This document shows positions 24,574-38,332 of a stretch of 64,000 nt of DNA, one piece after another. Source of the stretch: Eledone cirrhosa (taxonomy: Eukaryota); assembly GCA_964016885.1 (NCBI GenBank), contig OZ024756.1, positions 12,090,001 to 12,154,000 of the forward strand, in the 5' to 3' direction. The position numbers were made by a program, and so were the translations under genes. Under the pieces are notes generated by a model. That model was not told the origin of the DNA and searched no databases. It was given only the letters and a program-made list of their open reading frames with translations. The first letter of the stretch is position 1; every line of letters starts with the position of its first letter.

Positions 24574-25040
24574 TCTATATATCTAAAACAGAGAATGTCT
24601 GTCTGTCAGCTCACTAAAACTTGAGAACCATCCAACCAATTGTTTTCAAACTTGAGACATGTAATACTTATGGTCCTGTGAGTGTTTTGAGCAAAGATTA
24701 TTTCAAATTTTCAATGCCCTAGGGACCGCATTAGGCGATTTAGCGTTCTCTCTATATAATTCTTAGTCTTTCTTTTTAGATAGATACATAGATATAACGT
24801 TGCGCCCTTATAATATCTGTCTGTATGTCTGTATGTCTGCATTACGTCATTATGACGCACTCAGTGTGTGTGTGTATATATATATGTATCGTAATGCAGA
24901 CAGCAAGACATAGCTTTCCTTCCAGCGTCTCTCTCTCTCCCTCCCGCAACCCCCTTCTTGTAGTCTGTCTCTTTCACTCTCACTCTCTCTCTCTACGTGT
25001 CGGACAGACAGACAGAGAAATTGCTGGTTATATATTATAA
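24574..25040 (+). mobile_element. Related Helitron-like element, head-to-head with the previous one
   Basis: Starts TCTATATATCTAAAAC. 24600-24850 is the reverse complement of 24240-24480. Confidence 0.6.
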
Positions 25041-25112
25041 GGAGATAAAATAGACACTCATACTCTTTTATCTGTGATGACCATGTATGTCTTCTGTTGT
25101 TTCATTATTGTT

Positions 25113-25690
25113 AAGGGCGGTGGATTGGCAGAATCGGTAGAGCGTCAGACACCATGCTTTGCAGCATAGACTTATGGTCCTTTATGTTCTGAGTTCAAAT
25201 CCCACCGAGGTTAACTTTACCTTTCATCCTTCCGAGGTCGATAAAATAAAGTACCAGTAATACACTGAGATAATTGCTGGCCTTGTGCCAAAAGTAGAAA
25301 CAATTATTTATAGCAAGGGCAGTGGATTGGCAGTATCGGTGAAAGGTCGGACGCCATGCTTTGACGCATGGAGTTACGGCCCTTTCCATTCTGAGTTCAA
25401 ATCCCGCCGAGGTTAACTTTGCCTTTCATTCTTACGGGCGGGGTCGATAAAATAAAGTACCAGTAATACACTGGGATAATTGCTGGCCTTGTACCAAAAC
25501 AATTATTGGAAGTATTGATAGTGTTGGGCGCTTCGTGGCTTTCTTATGTTCTGAGTTCAATTCATGCAACAGTCAACTTTGATTTTTATTCTTCCAAGGG
25601 TGATAAAGTACCAGTAATACACTGAGATCAAATTAATCAACATTTCCCTCCCTCCCCATAAATTATTAGCCTTGTGCCTAAATTATAAAT
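25113..25690 (+). mobile_element. Three tandem SINE family B copies
   Basis: Repeated head and core at 25113, 25315 and about 25520. Confidence 0.8.
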
Positions 25691-25699
25691 TATTATCAT

Positions 25700-28035
25700 T
25701 GTAGCTTGTGTGTATATGCATTTGTATACATGTGTGCTTATATGCATGTGTGTGTGTGTATGCTGATATACATGTGCATGTATGTGTTCGTGTATACATG
25801 TGTGTGTCTGTTTGCTTGTATACATGTGTGTGTGTGCTTGTATACATGTGTGTGTCTGTTTGCTTGTATACATGTGTGTGTCTGTTTGCTTGTATACATG
25901 TGTGTGTGTATGTGTGTGTGTGTGCTTGTATGCATGCGTGTGTGTGTGTGCTTGTATGCATGCGTGTGTGTGTGTGCTTGTATGCATGCGTGTGTGTGTG
26001 TGTGCTGATATACATGTGCATGTATGTGTTCTTGTATACATGTGTGTGTCTGCTTGTATACATGTGTGTGTCTGTTTGCTTGTATACATGTGTGTCTCTG
26101 TTTGCTTGTATACATGTGTGTGTCTGTTTGCTTGTATACATGTGTGTGTCTGTTTGCTTGTATACATGTGTGTGTCTGTTTGCTTGTATACATGTGTGTG
26201 TCTGTTTTCTTGACTACATGTGTGTGTCTGTTTGCTTGTATACATGTGTGTGTTTGTTTGCTTGTATACATGCGTGTGTCTGTTTGCTTGTATACATGTG
26301 TGTGTCTGTTTGCTTGTATACTTGTGTGTCTGTTTGCTTGTATACATGTGTGTGTTTGTTTGCTTGTATACATGTGTGTGTCTGTTTGCCTGTATACATG
26401 TGTGTGTCTGTTTGCTTGTATACATGTGTGTGTCTGTTTGCTTGTATACATGTGTGTGTCTGTTTGCTTGTATACATGTGTGTGTCTGTTTGCTTGTATA
26501 CATGTGTGTGTCTGTTTGCTTGTATACATGTGTGTGTTTGTTTGCTTGTATACATGTGTGTGTCTGTTTGCTTGTATACATGTGTGTGTCTGTTTGCTTG
26601 TATACATGTGTGTGTCTGTTTGCTTGTATACATGTGTGTGTATGTTTGCTTGTATACATGTGTGTGTCTGTTTGCTTGTATACATGTGTGTGTCTGTTTG
26701 CTTGACTACATGTGTGTGTCTGTTTGCTTGTATACATGCGTGTGTCTGTTTGCTTGTATACATGTGTGTGTCTGTTTGCTTGTATACATGTGTGTGTCTG
26801 TTTGCTTGTATACATGTGTGTGTCTGTTTGCTTGTATACATGTGTGTGTCTGTTTGCTTGTATACATGTGTGTGTCTGTTTGCTTGTATACATGTGTGTG
26901 TCTTTTTGCTTGACTACATGTGTGTGTCTGTTTGCTTGTATACATGCGTGTGTCTGTTTGCTTGTATACATGTGTGTGTCTGTTTGCTTGTATACATGTG
27001 TGTGTCTGTTTGCTTGTATACATGTGTGTGTCTGTTTGCTTGTATACATGTGTGTGTCTGTTTGCTTGTATACATGTGTGTGTCTGTTTGCTTGTATACA
27101 TGTGTGTGTCTGTTTGCTTGACTACATGTGTGTGTCTGTTTGCTTGTATACATGCGTGTGTCTGTTTGCTTGTATACATGTGTGTGTCTGTTTGATTGTA
27201 TACATGTGTGTCTGTTTGCTTGTATACATGTGTGTGTCTGTTTGCTTGTATACATGTGTGTGTCTGTTTGCTTGTATACATGTGTGTGTCTGTTTGCTTG
27301 TATACATATGTGTCTGTTTGCTTGTATACATGTGTGTGTCTGTTTGCTTGTATACATGTGTGTGTCTGTTTGCTTGTATACATGTGTGTGTCTGTTTGCT
27401 TGTATACATGTGTGTGTCTGTTTGCTTGTATACATGTGTGTGTCTGTTTGCTTGACTACATGTGTGTGTCTGTTTGCTTGTATACATGCGTGTGTCTGTT
27501 TGCTTGTATACATGTGTGTGTCTGTTTGCTTGTATACATGCGTGTGTCTGTTTGCTTGTATACATGTGTGTGTCTGTTTGCTTGTATACATGTGTGTGTC
27601 TGTTTGCTTGTATACATGTGTGTGTCTGTTTGCTTGTATACATTCGTGTGTCTGTTTGCTTGTATACATGCATGTGTCTGTTTGCTTGTATACATGTGTG
27701 TGTCTGTTTGCTTGACTACATGTGTGTGTCTGTTTGCTTGTATACATGTGTGTGTCTGTTTGCTTGTATACATGTGTGTGTCTGTTTGCTTGTATACATG
27801 TGTGTGTCTGTTTGCTTGTATACATGTGTGTGTCTGTTTGCTTGTATACATGTGTGTCTGTTTGCTTGTATACATGTGTGTGTCTGTTTGCTTGTATACA
27901 TGTGTGTGTCTGTTTGCTTGTATACATGTGTGTGTCTGTTTGCTTGTATACATGTGTGTGTATGTTTGCTTGTATACATGTGTGTGTCTGTTTGCTTGTA
28001 TACATGTGTGTGTCTGTTTGCTTGTATGCATGTGA
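25700..28035. repeat. 26-bp minisatellite TGTGTGTGTCTGTTTGCTTGTATACA
   Basis: Long homogeneous array. Confidence 0.95.
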
Positions 28036-28464
28036 ATGCATATGTATGTCTGTCTCTATGTATGTGTATTTTGTGTCAATTCTTGTATAAGCATATCTAT
28101 CTGTAGATGTATATTTGTATCTATTTATCTATTTGACTGGACATAGCCTTATCTCTAATGTTGACCAGAAAATAGAGTGAAGTGATTTAAAGAAATGTTA
28201 TTTCCATACTGGACATAGCATCATCTAATGTTCCTTTGAAAATAAAGTGATTTAAAGAAATATTATTGCTATACAGGACATAGTGTTATTTAATGTTTTT
28301 TTCAAAAATAGAAAGAAGTCATTTGGGTCTTCAGTTCAGCTGATGGTATCTGGAATGGACCCTTCCAGCATTATGAACACCCTTTATCCATCTTCCCTAA
28401 CTTCAAAATGCTAGGTTAGTTTTCTGTTTGTGTTTAGAAAAGGAGAAGGCTGGTGTACAAGGTT

Positions 28465-29040
28465 AACAGATACTTGGTCTGGGAGCCCTTGGCAAGTCTT
28501 GCCAAAGAAATGACAGATACTTGCTCTGGGAGCCCTTGACAAGTCTTGCCAGAAAAATGACAGATACTTGGTCTGGGAGCCCTTGGCAAGTCTTTCCAGA
28601 GAAATGACAGATACTTGCTCTGGGAGCCCTTGGCAAGTCTTGCCAGAGAAATGACAGATACTTGGTCTGGGAGTAAGCCCTTGATAAGTCTTGCCAGAGA
28701 AATGACAGATACTTGCTCTGGGAGTAAGCCCTTGACAAGTCTTGCCAGAGAAATGACAGATACTTGCTCTGGGAGCCCTTGACAAGTCTTGCCAGAGAAA
28801 TGACAGATACTTGGTCTGGGAGTAAGCCCTTGACAAGTCTTGCCAGAGAAATGACAGATACTTGGTCTGGGAGTAAGCCCTTGACAAGTCTTGCCAGAGA
28901 AATGACAGATACTTGGTCTGGGAGTAAGCCCTTGACAAGTCTTGCCAGAGAAATGACAGATACTTGCTCTGGGAGCCCTTGACAAGTCTTGCCAGAGAAA
29001 TGACAGATACTTGCTCTGGGAGCCCTTGACAAGTCTTGCA
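28465..29040. repeat. 47/51-bp minisatellite
   Basis: Unit GACAGATACTTG(C/G)TCTGGGA(GTAA)GCCCTTGACAAGTCTTGCCAGAGAAAT. Confidence 0.93.
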
Positions 29041-29317
29041 ATAATGTGAAATACACATTCTTTTTTTTACTGACCAATGTTTTATAGAGATCTAAAGGAG
29101 CTAAAGGAGGTCTATGTGTTTCTAGCAGGGAGAACAGGCGTTAATTGATGTTGTTTGTGTGGTTAAATGTTTTTTGTTGTAGCATCTTTGTTTGTGCATA
29201 TAATGCATATTCATCATCATCATCATCATCATATATTGGTATGGAAACAGTTTTATAATATTTGCTCCTTTATTATTCCTATTTTAATTCTTTTTCTCTC
29301 ACTATCCCTTTCTTCAG

Positions 29318-29539
29318 GAATGGAACGATGAACTGGAAATTTTATTTGGTGATCTTCAGTCATCCGATGGCAAGATTCACTTCTCTAGCCGTAATCTTGA
29401 TCCAAAATCAGAGACCGGTGTGGCATTCAGCAAGATCAAGGCTGTGTATGGTAAAGTGTCGACTATTGATGTTCTGAAAAAGACCTCAACCTCCGTCACA
29501 TCATGGCTTGGTAAAACCAAACACATCAAAGCATCAAAG
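29318..29539 (+). CDS. NUGGC: NUGGC-like exon EWNDELEILFGDL...KIKAVYG...KASK
   Basis: tcttcag|GAA ... AAG|gttaga. 222 nt open, phase 0/0. EWxxEL and KIKAVYG motifs as recalled for this family. Confidence 0.9.
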
Positions 29540-29584
29540 GTTAGAACTTTGTTAATTAATTAATTTATTTGAAATTTAAAAAAT

Positions 29585-30857
29585 AACTCTTTAGCATTTA
29601 CATTACTTTATATTTACTATTGTATTTTCACAGTAAAGGCTTTACCTCACATAATATCTCACATAGCATTTACATTACTCTATATATACTATTGTATTTT
29701 CACAGTAAAGGCTTTACATCACATATTTCACATTACTCTATATATACTATTGTATTTTCACAGTAAAGGCTTTACATCACATAATATCTCACATAACATT
29801 CACATTACTCTATATATACTATTGTATTTTCACAGTAAAGGCTTTACATCACATAATATCTCACATAACATTCACATTACTCTATATATACTATTGTATT
29901 TTCACAGTAAAGGCTTTACCTCACATAATATCTCACATTTACATTACTCTATATATACTATTGTATTTTCGCAGTAAAGGCTTTACCTCACATAATATCT
30001 CACATAACATTTACATTACTCTATATATACTATTGTATTTTCACAGTAAAGGCTTTACCTCACATAATATCTCACATAACATTTACATTACTCTATATAT
30101 ACTGTTGTATTTTCACAGTAAAGGCTTTACCTCACATAATATCTCACATAACATTTACATTACTCTATATATACTATTGTATTTTCACAGTAAAGGCTTT
30201 ACCTCACATAATATCTCTCATAGCATTTACATTACTCTATATATACTATTGTATTTTCGCAGTAAAGGCTTTACCTCACATAATATCTCACATAACATTT
30301 ACATTACTTTATATTTACTATTGTATTTTCACAGTAAAGGCTTTACCTCACATAATATCTCACATAACATTTACATTACTTTATATTTACTATTGTATTT
30401 TCGCAGTAAAGGCTTTACATCACATAATATCTCACATAACATTTACATTACTCTATATATACTATTGTATTTTCACAGTAAAGGCTTTACCTCACATAAT
30501 ATCTCACATAACATTTACATTACTCTATATATACTATTGTATTTTCACAGTAAAGGCTTTACTTCACATAATATCTCACATAACATTTACATTACTCTAT
30601 ATATACTATTGTATATTCACAGTAAAGGCTTTACCTCACATAATATCTCACATAACATTTACATTACTCTATATATACTATTGTATTTTCACAGTAAAGG
30701 CTTTACCTCACATAATATCGAATCTGAGTTTTTGATATTATTTATCTTGAGAACAATACCTTAACATCAATATGAGTGGCCAGTTACGGCCAGTTTGAAG
30801 AGAAAAAGATAAGAGAATCCTTGCCAGATATGGCCGGTTTAGATACTAAAGGGTTAA
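29585..30857 (+). mobile_element. piggyBac-like MITE with internal 72-bp tandem expansion (about 15 copies)
   Basis: The MITE 5' segment is repeated in tandem, followed by the normal 3' end ...TAAAGGGTTAA. Confidence 0.85.
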
Positions 30858-31404
30858 ATTGTTATCATATTTCTAATAAAAGGCACTGCTTATGATTTTC
30901 ACATAATATTTTAAATAATCAAAAATTTGGAGGAATTTAGTATAACTAACTTTTTCATTGCAGCCCATAAACTATTTTTCAATGAAATGAGGCAGAACTA
31001 TTTGTGTGACTAATACTTTCTTAAAGCTTTGTAATTTGGTAATGAATAAATAACCTTGGTAACACATAGCAACCAATCAGATTAGCACTGGTGCCACCCC
31101 GCCCTCTTGATTTATTTTATATTTGGCCCTCTCTGCCTCTCTTCCAGGATATAATAGCCCTTTTGAGTCCTGGTGTTTAAGACCCCTTCCCTGATGCATT
31201 ACAGGATGTTAAGAATTAACCCTTTAGCATTTAAACCGACCATATCTCATTCTGTTCAGACCAGCTGTAACTTTCTACTCATACTGATGTTAAGGTATTG
31301 TTCTCAAAATAAATATCAAAATCTCACAGATTCAATATTATGTAAGAAAAGCCTTTACCATGAAAATTCAATAGTATACATAATGTAAATGCTAAAAGGT
31401 TTGT

Positions 31405-33455
31405 CTTCATCATCATCATCATCATTTACGTCCGCTTTTCCCTACTTACAAGGGTGGGACGGTCCTTCGTCATCTCCTCCATGAGCTTCAGTGATCTGAG
31501 GTCCGCTCTCACCACCTCCACCCATGTTTTTCGTGGTCTTCCTCTAGTGCGTCTTTCTTCCACTGGGATTTCTTGGCACTTCTTTACTCAGCAGTCATCC
31601 TCCATATGCATCATATGTCCATACCATCGCAGTCTTTTCTCCCGCACACTACAACTTATCTATCTCAACTCGTCTATGCTTGGTCGTTCACGTACATTGA
31701 CATTACACATCCAGCGGAGCATACTTGCTTCATTTCTCTTCAGCCATCACATATCCTCTGCAGTTACTGCCCATGTCTCACTACCATGCAGCATCGCGAA
31801 TTTCACACAGGCATCATATAACCGGCCTTTCATATGCAAGGAGAAACCCTTCTTTGTCAACAGAGGAAGCAGCTCCCTAAACTTCTTCCAACCCGTCCTT
31901 GTTCTAGATACTATGGCCTTGGAACAACCCCTCCCCCTCCCATGCTAATCTGATCTCCTAGCTACCGGAAGCTATAAACCACTTCTATAGAAGCTACCTG
32001 CATTTGAAAAATTAGTCTATCAATGCAACTTCTACTGTCTAATTTCCCTGTACATTTACTGCATATGTAGTTTTCCCTACCTGTTAGTTTGCCTGCTATC
32101 CCACTACATCTCTTGTGTACTCAGGATCTGCATTGTGTGCATTTTATAGAATTTATGCCAGTTCCTTTTCTGCATATCGAACATGGCCATTTCCCTGATG
32201 GAATCAGAGTTTTGTCCTCTTTTCTACTTATCAACACATTTGTCTTAGCTAGGTTCACTCTCAGTCCTCTTGATTCCAACTGCTGTTTCCATAGCCAGAA
32301 TTTATTCTCTAGCTCCTCTACTGATTCTGCTATAAGAACCAGATCGTCAGCATAGAGAAGTTCCCATGGACAGCCAGTCTTAAACTCCTCTGTAATGGCT
32401 TGGAGGACTATAATGAACAAGAGTGGGCTGAGGACCAAACCCAATGTACTCCTACTTGTATCTGGAATTCCTCACTAAACTCCATTCCTACCCTCACTTT
32501 ACTGACAGCACCTCTGTACAAAGTTTGCACTGTCCTCACAAGCCATTCCTCTACACCTAGTTTCCTTAGGGGCCACCAGATGACAGATCGGGGTACCCTA
32601 TCAAAGGCCTTCTCTAGGTTAACAAAAGCTAAGTATAGTGGCTTATTCTTCTCTAAGAACTTCTCTTGTAGTTGTCTCACTAAGAAGAAGGCATCTATTG
32701 TGCTTTTCCCAAGCACAAAACCAAACTGCATCTCATCTAATTTGACCCTTTCTCTAATTAGTTGTGCTAATATCCTTTCTGCCACATTCATAACCTGATC
32801 CATCAGCTTTATACCCCTATAATTGCTCCTCTCCAGAGCATCCCTTTTACCTCTATAGCAATTTATGAGAATACTGCTGCACCAGTCTTTGGGTATGACT
32901 CCGCCATATATAGCCTGATTGATGATGCGTGCAACCAGTTTAGTGCCTACTTCTGATGCAGTCAGCATCTCAGCAACTATCTCCGACGGTCCAGTGGCCT
33001 TACCATTTTTCATTTCCTTAATCGCCTCTTGGACCCTATAGTCGTCAACCTCAGTAGTTCGTCCCTCTTTTGGATCTACCAGGGGTAGTTTCTCTCTCTC
33101 CCATTCATTCTCCACATTCATCAGTCTCTCATAATGACATTTCCAGGCCTCCTTTTTCTGATCATTCGTGACACTAAGTACACTGGCATTATTCCGGACA
33201 CACTTATCTCCAACAACATCCTGATTTACACTTACACACTGCCTTGAAATGCAGAACACCGCACGTCTCTGATCTTCCCGTCGCAGGACATTGGCAAACC
33301 TCCTACTCTCAGCCTCCCTGGGTGCTAAGTACACCTGATGTATAGCTTCTCTCTTAGCGGCAGTGTATCAGTTTCTACTCTCACCCTTTTTCCAAGCGTT
33401 CCATGCTAGTCTTTCGTCTCTAATGGCTCTATCTACCGTGCTGTTCCACCACCAT
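31405..33455 (-). mobile_element. 5'-truncated RTE LINE, family A (RT domain)
   Basis: NYRGIKL, QFGF, AFVNLEKAFD, LLYADDL, CSIC/CTQC. Colinear with 3754-5760. Same (ATG)n tail. Confidence 0.93.
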
Positions 33456-33515
33456 ATTCTTGAGTAAGTTTATTAAAATATCTTATCGTTGTATATTTTC
33501 TGATTTGCTTTGCAG

Positions 33516-33710
33516 GCTGAAGAGTTTAAGTCCTACATTGACCATTATATTGAGTCTTCAGACAAAGGCACTGGCAATCAGTACTGGCCAGTGGTCAAGA
33601 ATGTCAAGATATATATACCTAACAGTGATGTACTCAGCAGTGGAGCCATCCTTGTGGATTTACCTGGAGTCAGGGATTCAAATGCTGCTCGTGATAAAAT
33701 TGCCAAAGAG
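33516..33710 (+). CDS. NUGGC: NUGGC-like exon with G3: ...YWPVVKNVKIYIPNSDVLSSGAILVDLPGVRDSNAARDKIAKE
   Basis: tgcag|GCT ... GAG|gtaagt. WPxVK and DLPGxxDSNxAR motifs. Confidence 0.93.
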
Positions 33711-33729
33711 GTAAGTAATAAGGAAAATA

Positions 33730-34040
33730 GCATCATCATCGTCATCATCATTACCATTGTCATCACCGCCACCTCCACCACCACCACCATCATAACCACC
33801 ACCACCACCACCATCATCACCACCACCACCACCACCATCGTCACCACCACCACCATCGTCACCACCTCCACCACCACCATCGTCACCACCATCACCATCA
33901 TCACCACCACCACCACCAGCATCACCACCATCACCATCACCACCACCACCACCATCGTCACCACCACCACCATCGTCACCACCACAATCACCACCACTAC
34001 CACCACCACCACCATGATCATCACCACTACCACCACCATT
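33730..34040. repeat. (ACC/ATC)n trinucleotide tract, intronic
   Basis: Follows the donor at 33710. Confidence 0.9.
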
Positions 34041-34629
34041 TCTTCACAGTCATGTCTGTGATATGAACTCTAAACACCTTTGTGTAGGTGTTTCTATTAT
34101 TATTATTGGATTGGCAGACAGAGAGGGCAACCCAAAATGAACTGGCGCCAGACAGTTGAGAGGGACCTGCGAGCGACAAACAGACAGACAGAGTCTGAGA
34201 GTATCGGTAGAGCGCCGGACAACATGCTTCGTGGCATAGAGTTACGGCCCTTTACATTCTGAATTAAAATTCCGCTGAGGTTAACTTTGCCTTTCATCCT
34301 TATGGGGTCGATAAAATAAAGTACCAGTAATGTACTAGGGTCGATTTAATCAACTTTCCCCTCCCCTTAAGAAAATTGCTGACCTTGTGCCTAAAGTAGA
34401 AACAATTATTATTATTATTAGCCATGCTTTCTAGCACAGTTACGTCCCTTTATGGTCTGAGTTCAAATCCCGTCGAGGTTAACTTTGCCTTTCATCCTTA
34501 CAAGGTCGATAAAATAAAGTACCAGTAATACACTGGGGTAATTGCTGACCTTGTGCCAAATGTAGAAACAATTATTTAAAGTACCAGTAATGTACTGGGT
34601 AATTGCTGGCCTTGTGCCTAAAATAGAAA

Positions 34630-34631
34630 CA

Positions 34632-34675
<44 letters not shown>

Positions 34676-34990
34676 CCTCTTGTCACACAACATTTGTTGC
34701 CAATGATGTAATACTGGTGTCAGCTGTCCACAAACAGTGGACTGAGGTGACACCTTCAATTGTGAAGCACTTTTTTAAGTATTCTGGCAGTTCCAAGGAT
34801 TGTTGTTTTCTGAAGGGGCCCCACTCTGATGTTCGGCCCCAATTGTTTTTAAATACCTTTCAATTCTGTTGTCCACTGTACCAAGTATCCTGATTACAAC
34901 TGGGATCACGTCAACCTTTTCCACTGCCCACAAATGTTTTATATTCCATGCTAGTATCTCTCAATCTTCTTCAATTCTTTGTCAATTATT
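34630..34990 (-). mobile_element. 3' fragment of an RLE-type (R4/Dong-like) non-LTR element with (TAA)n tail
   Basis: Minus strand reads LWAVEKVDVIPVVIRILGTV and LQKTTILGTARIL. Confidence 0.6.
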
Positions 34991-35233
34991 ATTATTTTGC
35001 CAGAATTGGTAGAGCATTGGACAAAATGCTTTGCAATATTTAGCTATGGCCCTTTACATTCTGAGTTCGAATCCCGCCGAGGTTAACTTTGCCTTTCATA
35101 CTTACAGGGTCGATAAAATAAAGTACCAGTAACGCACTGGGGTTGATTTAATTGACTCCTCCTCCCTCCCCCCCTCTTTCAAATGTTTTATATCCCATGC
35201 TAATGGTTTATTGTTGTTGTTATTATTCTGCAG

Positions 35234-35415
35234 TATCTGAAAAACTGTAATGCTGTCTGGGTGGTGTCCAGCATCCATCGTGCTGTGGACGACCGCACAG
35301 CAAAAGATCTGCTTGGAGAAAGCTTTCGGCGTCAGTTAATGATGGATGGTCAATATGGCAGCATAGCCTTCATCTGCACTAAATCTGACATCCTTACATC
35401 TTCAGAAATAATCAG
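35234..35415 (+). CDS. NUGGC: NUGGC-like exon with G4: YLKNCNAVWVVSSIHRAVDDRTAKDLLGESFRRQLMMDGQYGSIAFICTKSDIL
   Basis: ctgcag|TAT ... AG|gtaaat. TKSD G4 motif. Not in the ORF track. Confidence 0.93.
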
Positions 35416-35541
35416 GTAAATACCCGCTATCCTCTTTTGTCTCAAACTAAAACATATTTCTCTTCTCATTCTTTCCAATTAATATTGCAGTAATTACAAC
35501 TGCATTTTATCTGTCTGTCTGTTGTACAAAACTGATAAGAT

Positions 35542-36019
35542 TCATCATCATCATCATCATCATCATTTCATTTTTACGTCCACTTTTTCCCTGCCTGCAA
35601 GGGTGGGACGAGAACTGATTCTGGCTTGATTTCTACAGCTAGATGCCCTTCCTAACACCAACCTCATTTACAGTGAGTGCTGAGTGCTTTTTTGCCGTGG
35701 CACCTGCACGTCCACTTTACAGTGTGGACTGGGTGCTTTTTGCCGTGGTGCCTACACGTCCACTTTACAGTGTGGACTGGGTGCTTTTTGCCGTGGCACC
35801 TCCACGACCACTTTGCAGTGGAATGATAGGGACCCCAGTCCCTATCATCTCATTTCTACAGCTGAGTAAACTGGAGCAATGTGAAATAAAGTGTCTTGCT
35901 CAAGGAATGTGAAATAAAGTATCTTGCTCAAGGAAACAACATACCACCCAGTCTGAGAATTGAACTCACAACCTTTCGATTGCAAGGCCAATGTTCTAAC
36001 CACTAAGCCATGTGCCTCC
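35542..36019 (-). mobile_element. SINE family A
   Basis: Reverse complement of head, core and RTE-A tail. Confidence 0.9.
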
Positions 36020-36332
36020 AAGATTGGACAAAATAATTCTAAAATTGGTGCAAATTTTATTTAGAACGAGACCAGCTGTGACCCGTTGGGACAAGGTCAC
36101 TTTAAAATAATTTTTAAATAATTAAAATATACACAGACATGTATATAATTCATTTGATTCAATAATGTATCAAATTCTTTTATGAGAAATATGGCAATGA
36201 AAGTGTTATTAAAATCTAAAATCCATCATAAATTTATGTAAAATTCATTGTTCTGTTTGAAACACAATTTAATAATGAGAAAATTATATTTCTAAATCCT
36301 TTAAAATTCATGATTGTTTTCAAAATTATTTG

Positions 36333-38040
36333 AAAATCATAGGCAGCGTCTTTTATTAGAAATATAATAACAAAATCATAGGCAGTGTCTTTTGTTAGAA
36401 ATATAGTAACAAAATCATAGGCTGTGTCTTTTGTTAGAAATATAGTAACAAAATCATAGGCAGTGTCTTTTGTTAGAAATATAGTAACAAAATCATAGGC
36501 AGTGTCTTTTGTTAGAAATATAGTAACAAAATCATAGGCTGTGTCTTTTATTAGAAATATAGTAACAAAATCATAGGCAGTGTCTTTTGTTAGAAATATA
36601 GTAACAAAATCATAGGCAGTGTCTTTTGTTAGAAATATAGTAACAAAATCATAGGCAGTGTCTTTTATTAGAAATATAGTAACAAAATCATAGGCTGTGT
36701 CTTTTGTTAGAAATATAGTAACAAAAGACACAGCCTGTGTCTTTTGTTAGAAATATAGTAACAAAATCATAGGCTGTGTCTTTTGTTAGAAATATAGTAA
36801 CAAAATCATAGGCAGTGTCTTTTGTTAGAAATATAGTAACAAAATCATAGGCTGTGTCTTTTGTTAGAAATATAGTAACAAAATCATAGGCAGTGTCTTT
36901 TATTAGAAATATAGTAACAAAATCATAGGCAGTGTCTTTTATTAGAAATATAGTAACAAAATCATAGGCAGTGTCTTTTGTTAGAAATATAGTAACAAAA
37001 TCATAGGCTGTGTCTTTTATTAGAAATATAGTAACAAAATCATAGGCAGTGTCTTTTGTTAGAAATATAGTAACAAAATCATAGGCAGTGTCTTTTGTTA
37101 GAAATATAGTAACAAAATCATAGGCAGTGTCTTTTATTAGAAATATAGTAACAAAATCATAGGCTGTGTCTTTTGTTAGAAATATAGTAACAAAAGACAC
37201 AGCCTGTGTCTTTTGTTAGAAATATAGTAACAAAATCATAGGCTGTGTCTTTTGTTAGAAATATAGTAACAAAATCATAGGCAGTGTCTTTTATTAGAAA
37301 TATAATAACAAAATCATAGGCAGTGTCTTTTATTAGAAATATAGTAACAAAATCATAGGCTGTGTCTTTTGTTAGAAATATAGTAACAAAATCATAGGCT
37401 GTGTCTTTTGTTAGAAATATAGTAACAAAATCATAGGCAGTGTCTTTTGTTAGAAATATAGTAACAAAATCATAGGCAGTGTCTTTTATTAGAAATATAG
37501 TAACAAAATCATAGGCAGTGTCTTTTGTTAGAAATATAGTAACAAAATCATAGGCTGTGTCTTTTATTAGAAATATAATAACAAAATCATAGGCTGTGTC
37601 TTTTATTAGAAATATAATAACAAAATCATAGGCTGTGTCTTTTATTAGAAATATAGTAACAAAATCATAGGCAGTGTCTTTTGTTAGAAATATAGTAACA
37701 AAATCATAGGCAGTGTCTTTTGTTAGAAATATAGTAACAAAATCATAGGCAGTGTCTTTTATTAGAAATATAGTAACAAAATCATAGGCAGTGTCTTTTG
37801 TTAGAAATATAGTAACAAAATCATAGGCTGTGTCTTTTATTAGAAATATAATAACAAAATCATAGGCTGTGTCTTTTATTAGAAATATAATAACAAAATC
37901 ATAGGCAGTGTCTTTTATTAGAAATATAGTAACAAAATCATAGGCTGTGTCTTTTATTAGAAATATAATAACAAAATCATAGGCAGTGTCTTTTATTAGA
38001 AATATAGTAACAAAATCATAGGCTGTGTCTTTTATTAGAA
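36333..38040. repeat. 39-bp minisatellite, about 43 copies
   Basis: Unit AAAATCATAGGC(A/T)GTGTCTTTT(G/A)TTAGAAATATAGTAAC. Confidence 0.95.
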
Positions 38041-38118
38041 AGGATTAAATGTCAGTTTACTCTTGTTCGTTCTCTTCTTTTTCATCCTACAATGGTTAAT
38101 GTTTTGATTTCTCAACAG

Positions 38119-38332
38119 GAGTCTGGAATTAGAGGAATCTTTTGAAGCTGAAGAGGAAGCAATTGCTGATCTGGAAGCTGAAAAGAAAAAGATTATACAA
38201 TCAAAAGCCAAGCTATTAGCTGAAATGAAAACCCTCCGGCTCGATCTGAAGGCCATTCGAATGGATCATAAGGAATTAGTGGAAGCTATAACAGAGATCC
38301 AATCATTAATGGAGGAATCAGAGAGCAGTGAA
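38119..38332 (+). CDS. NUGGC: NUGGC-like exon, predicted coiled coil (SLELEESFEAEEEAIADLEAEKKKIIQSKAKLLAEMKTLRLDLKAIR...)
   Basis: caacag|G ... GAA|gtatgt. Phase 2/0, open frame. Confidence 0.85.

Noticed and set aside
25637-28106. Many Cys/His/Val-rich ORFs (also 10074-10957, 36234-37200, 42860-44243)
   Set aside because: Translations of minisatellites and microsatellites.
33510-34061. GTPase ORF with poly-Thr mucin-like tail
   Set aside because: The poly-Thr part is an intronic (ACC)n tract after the donor at 33710.
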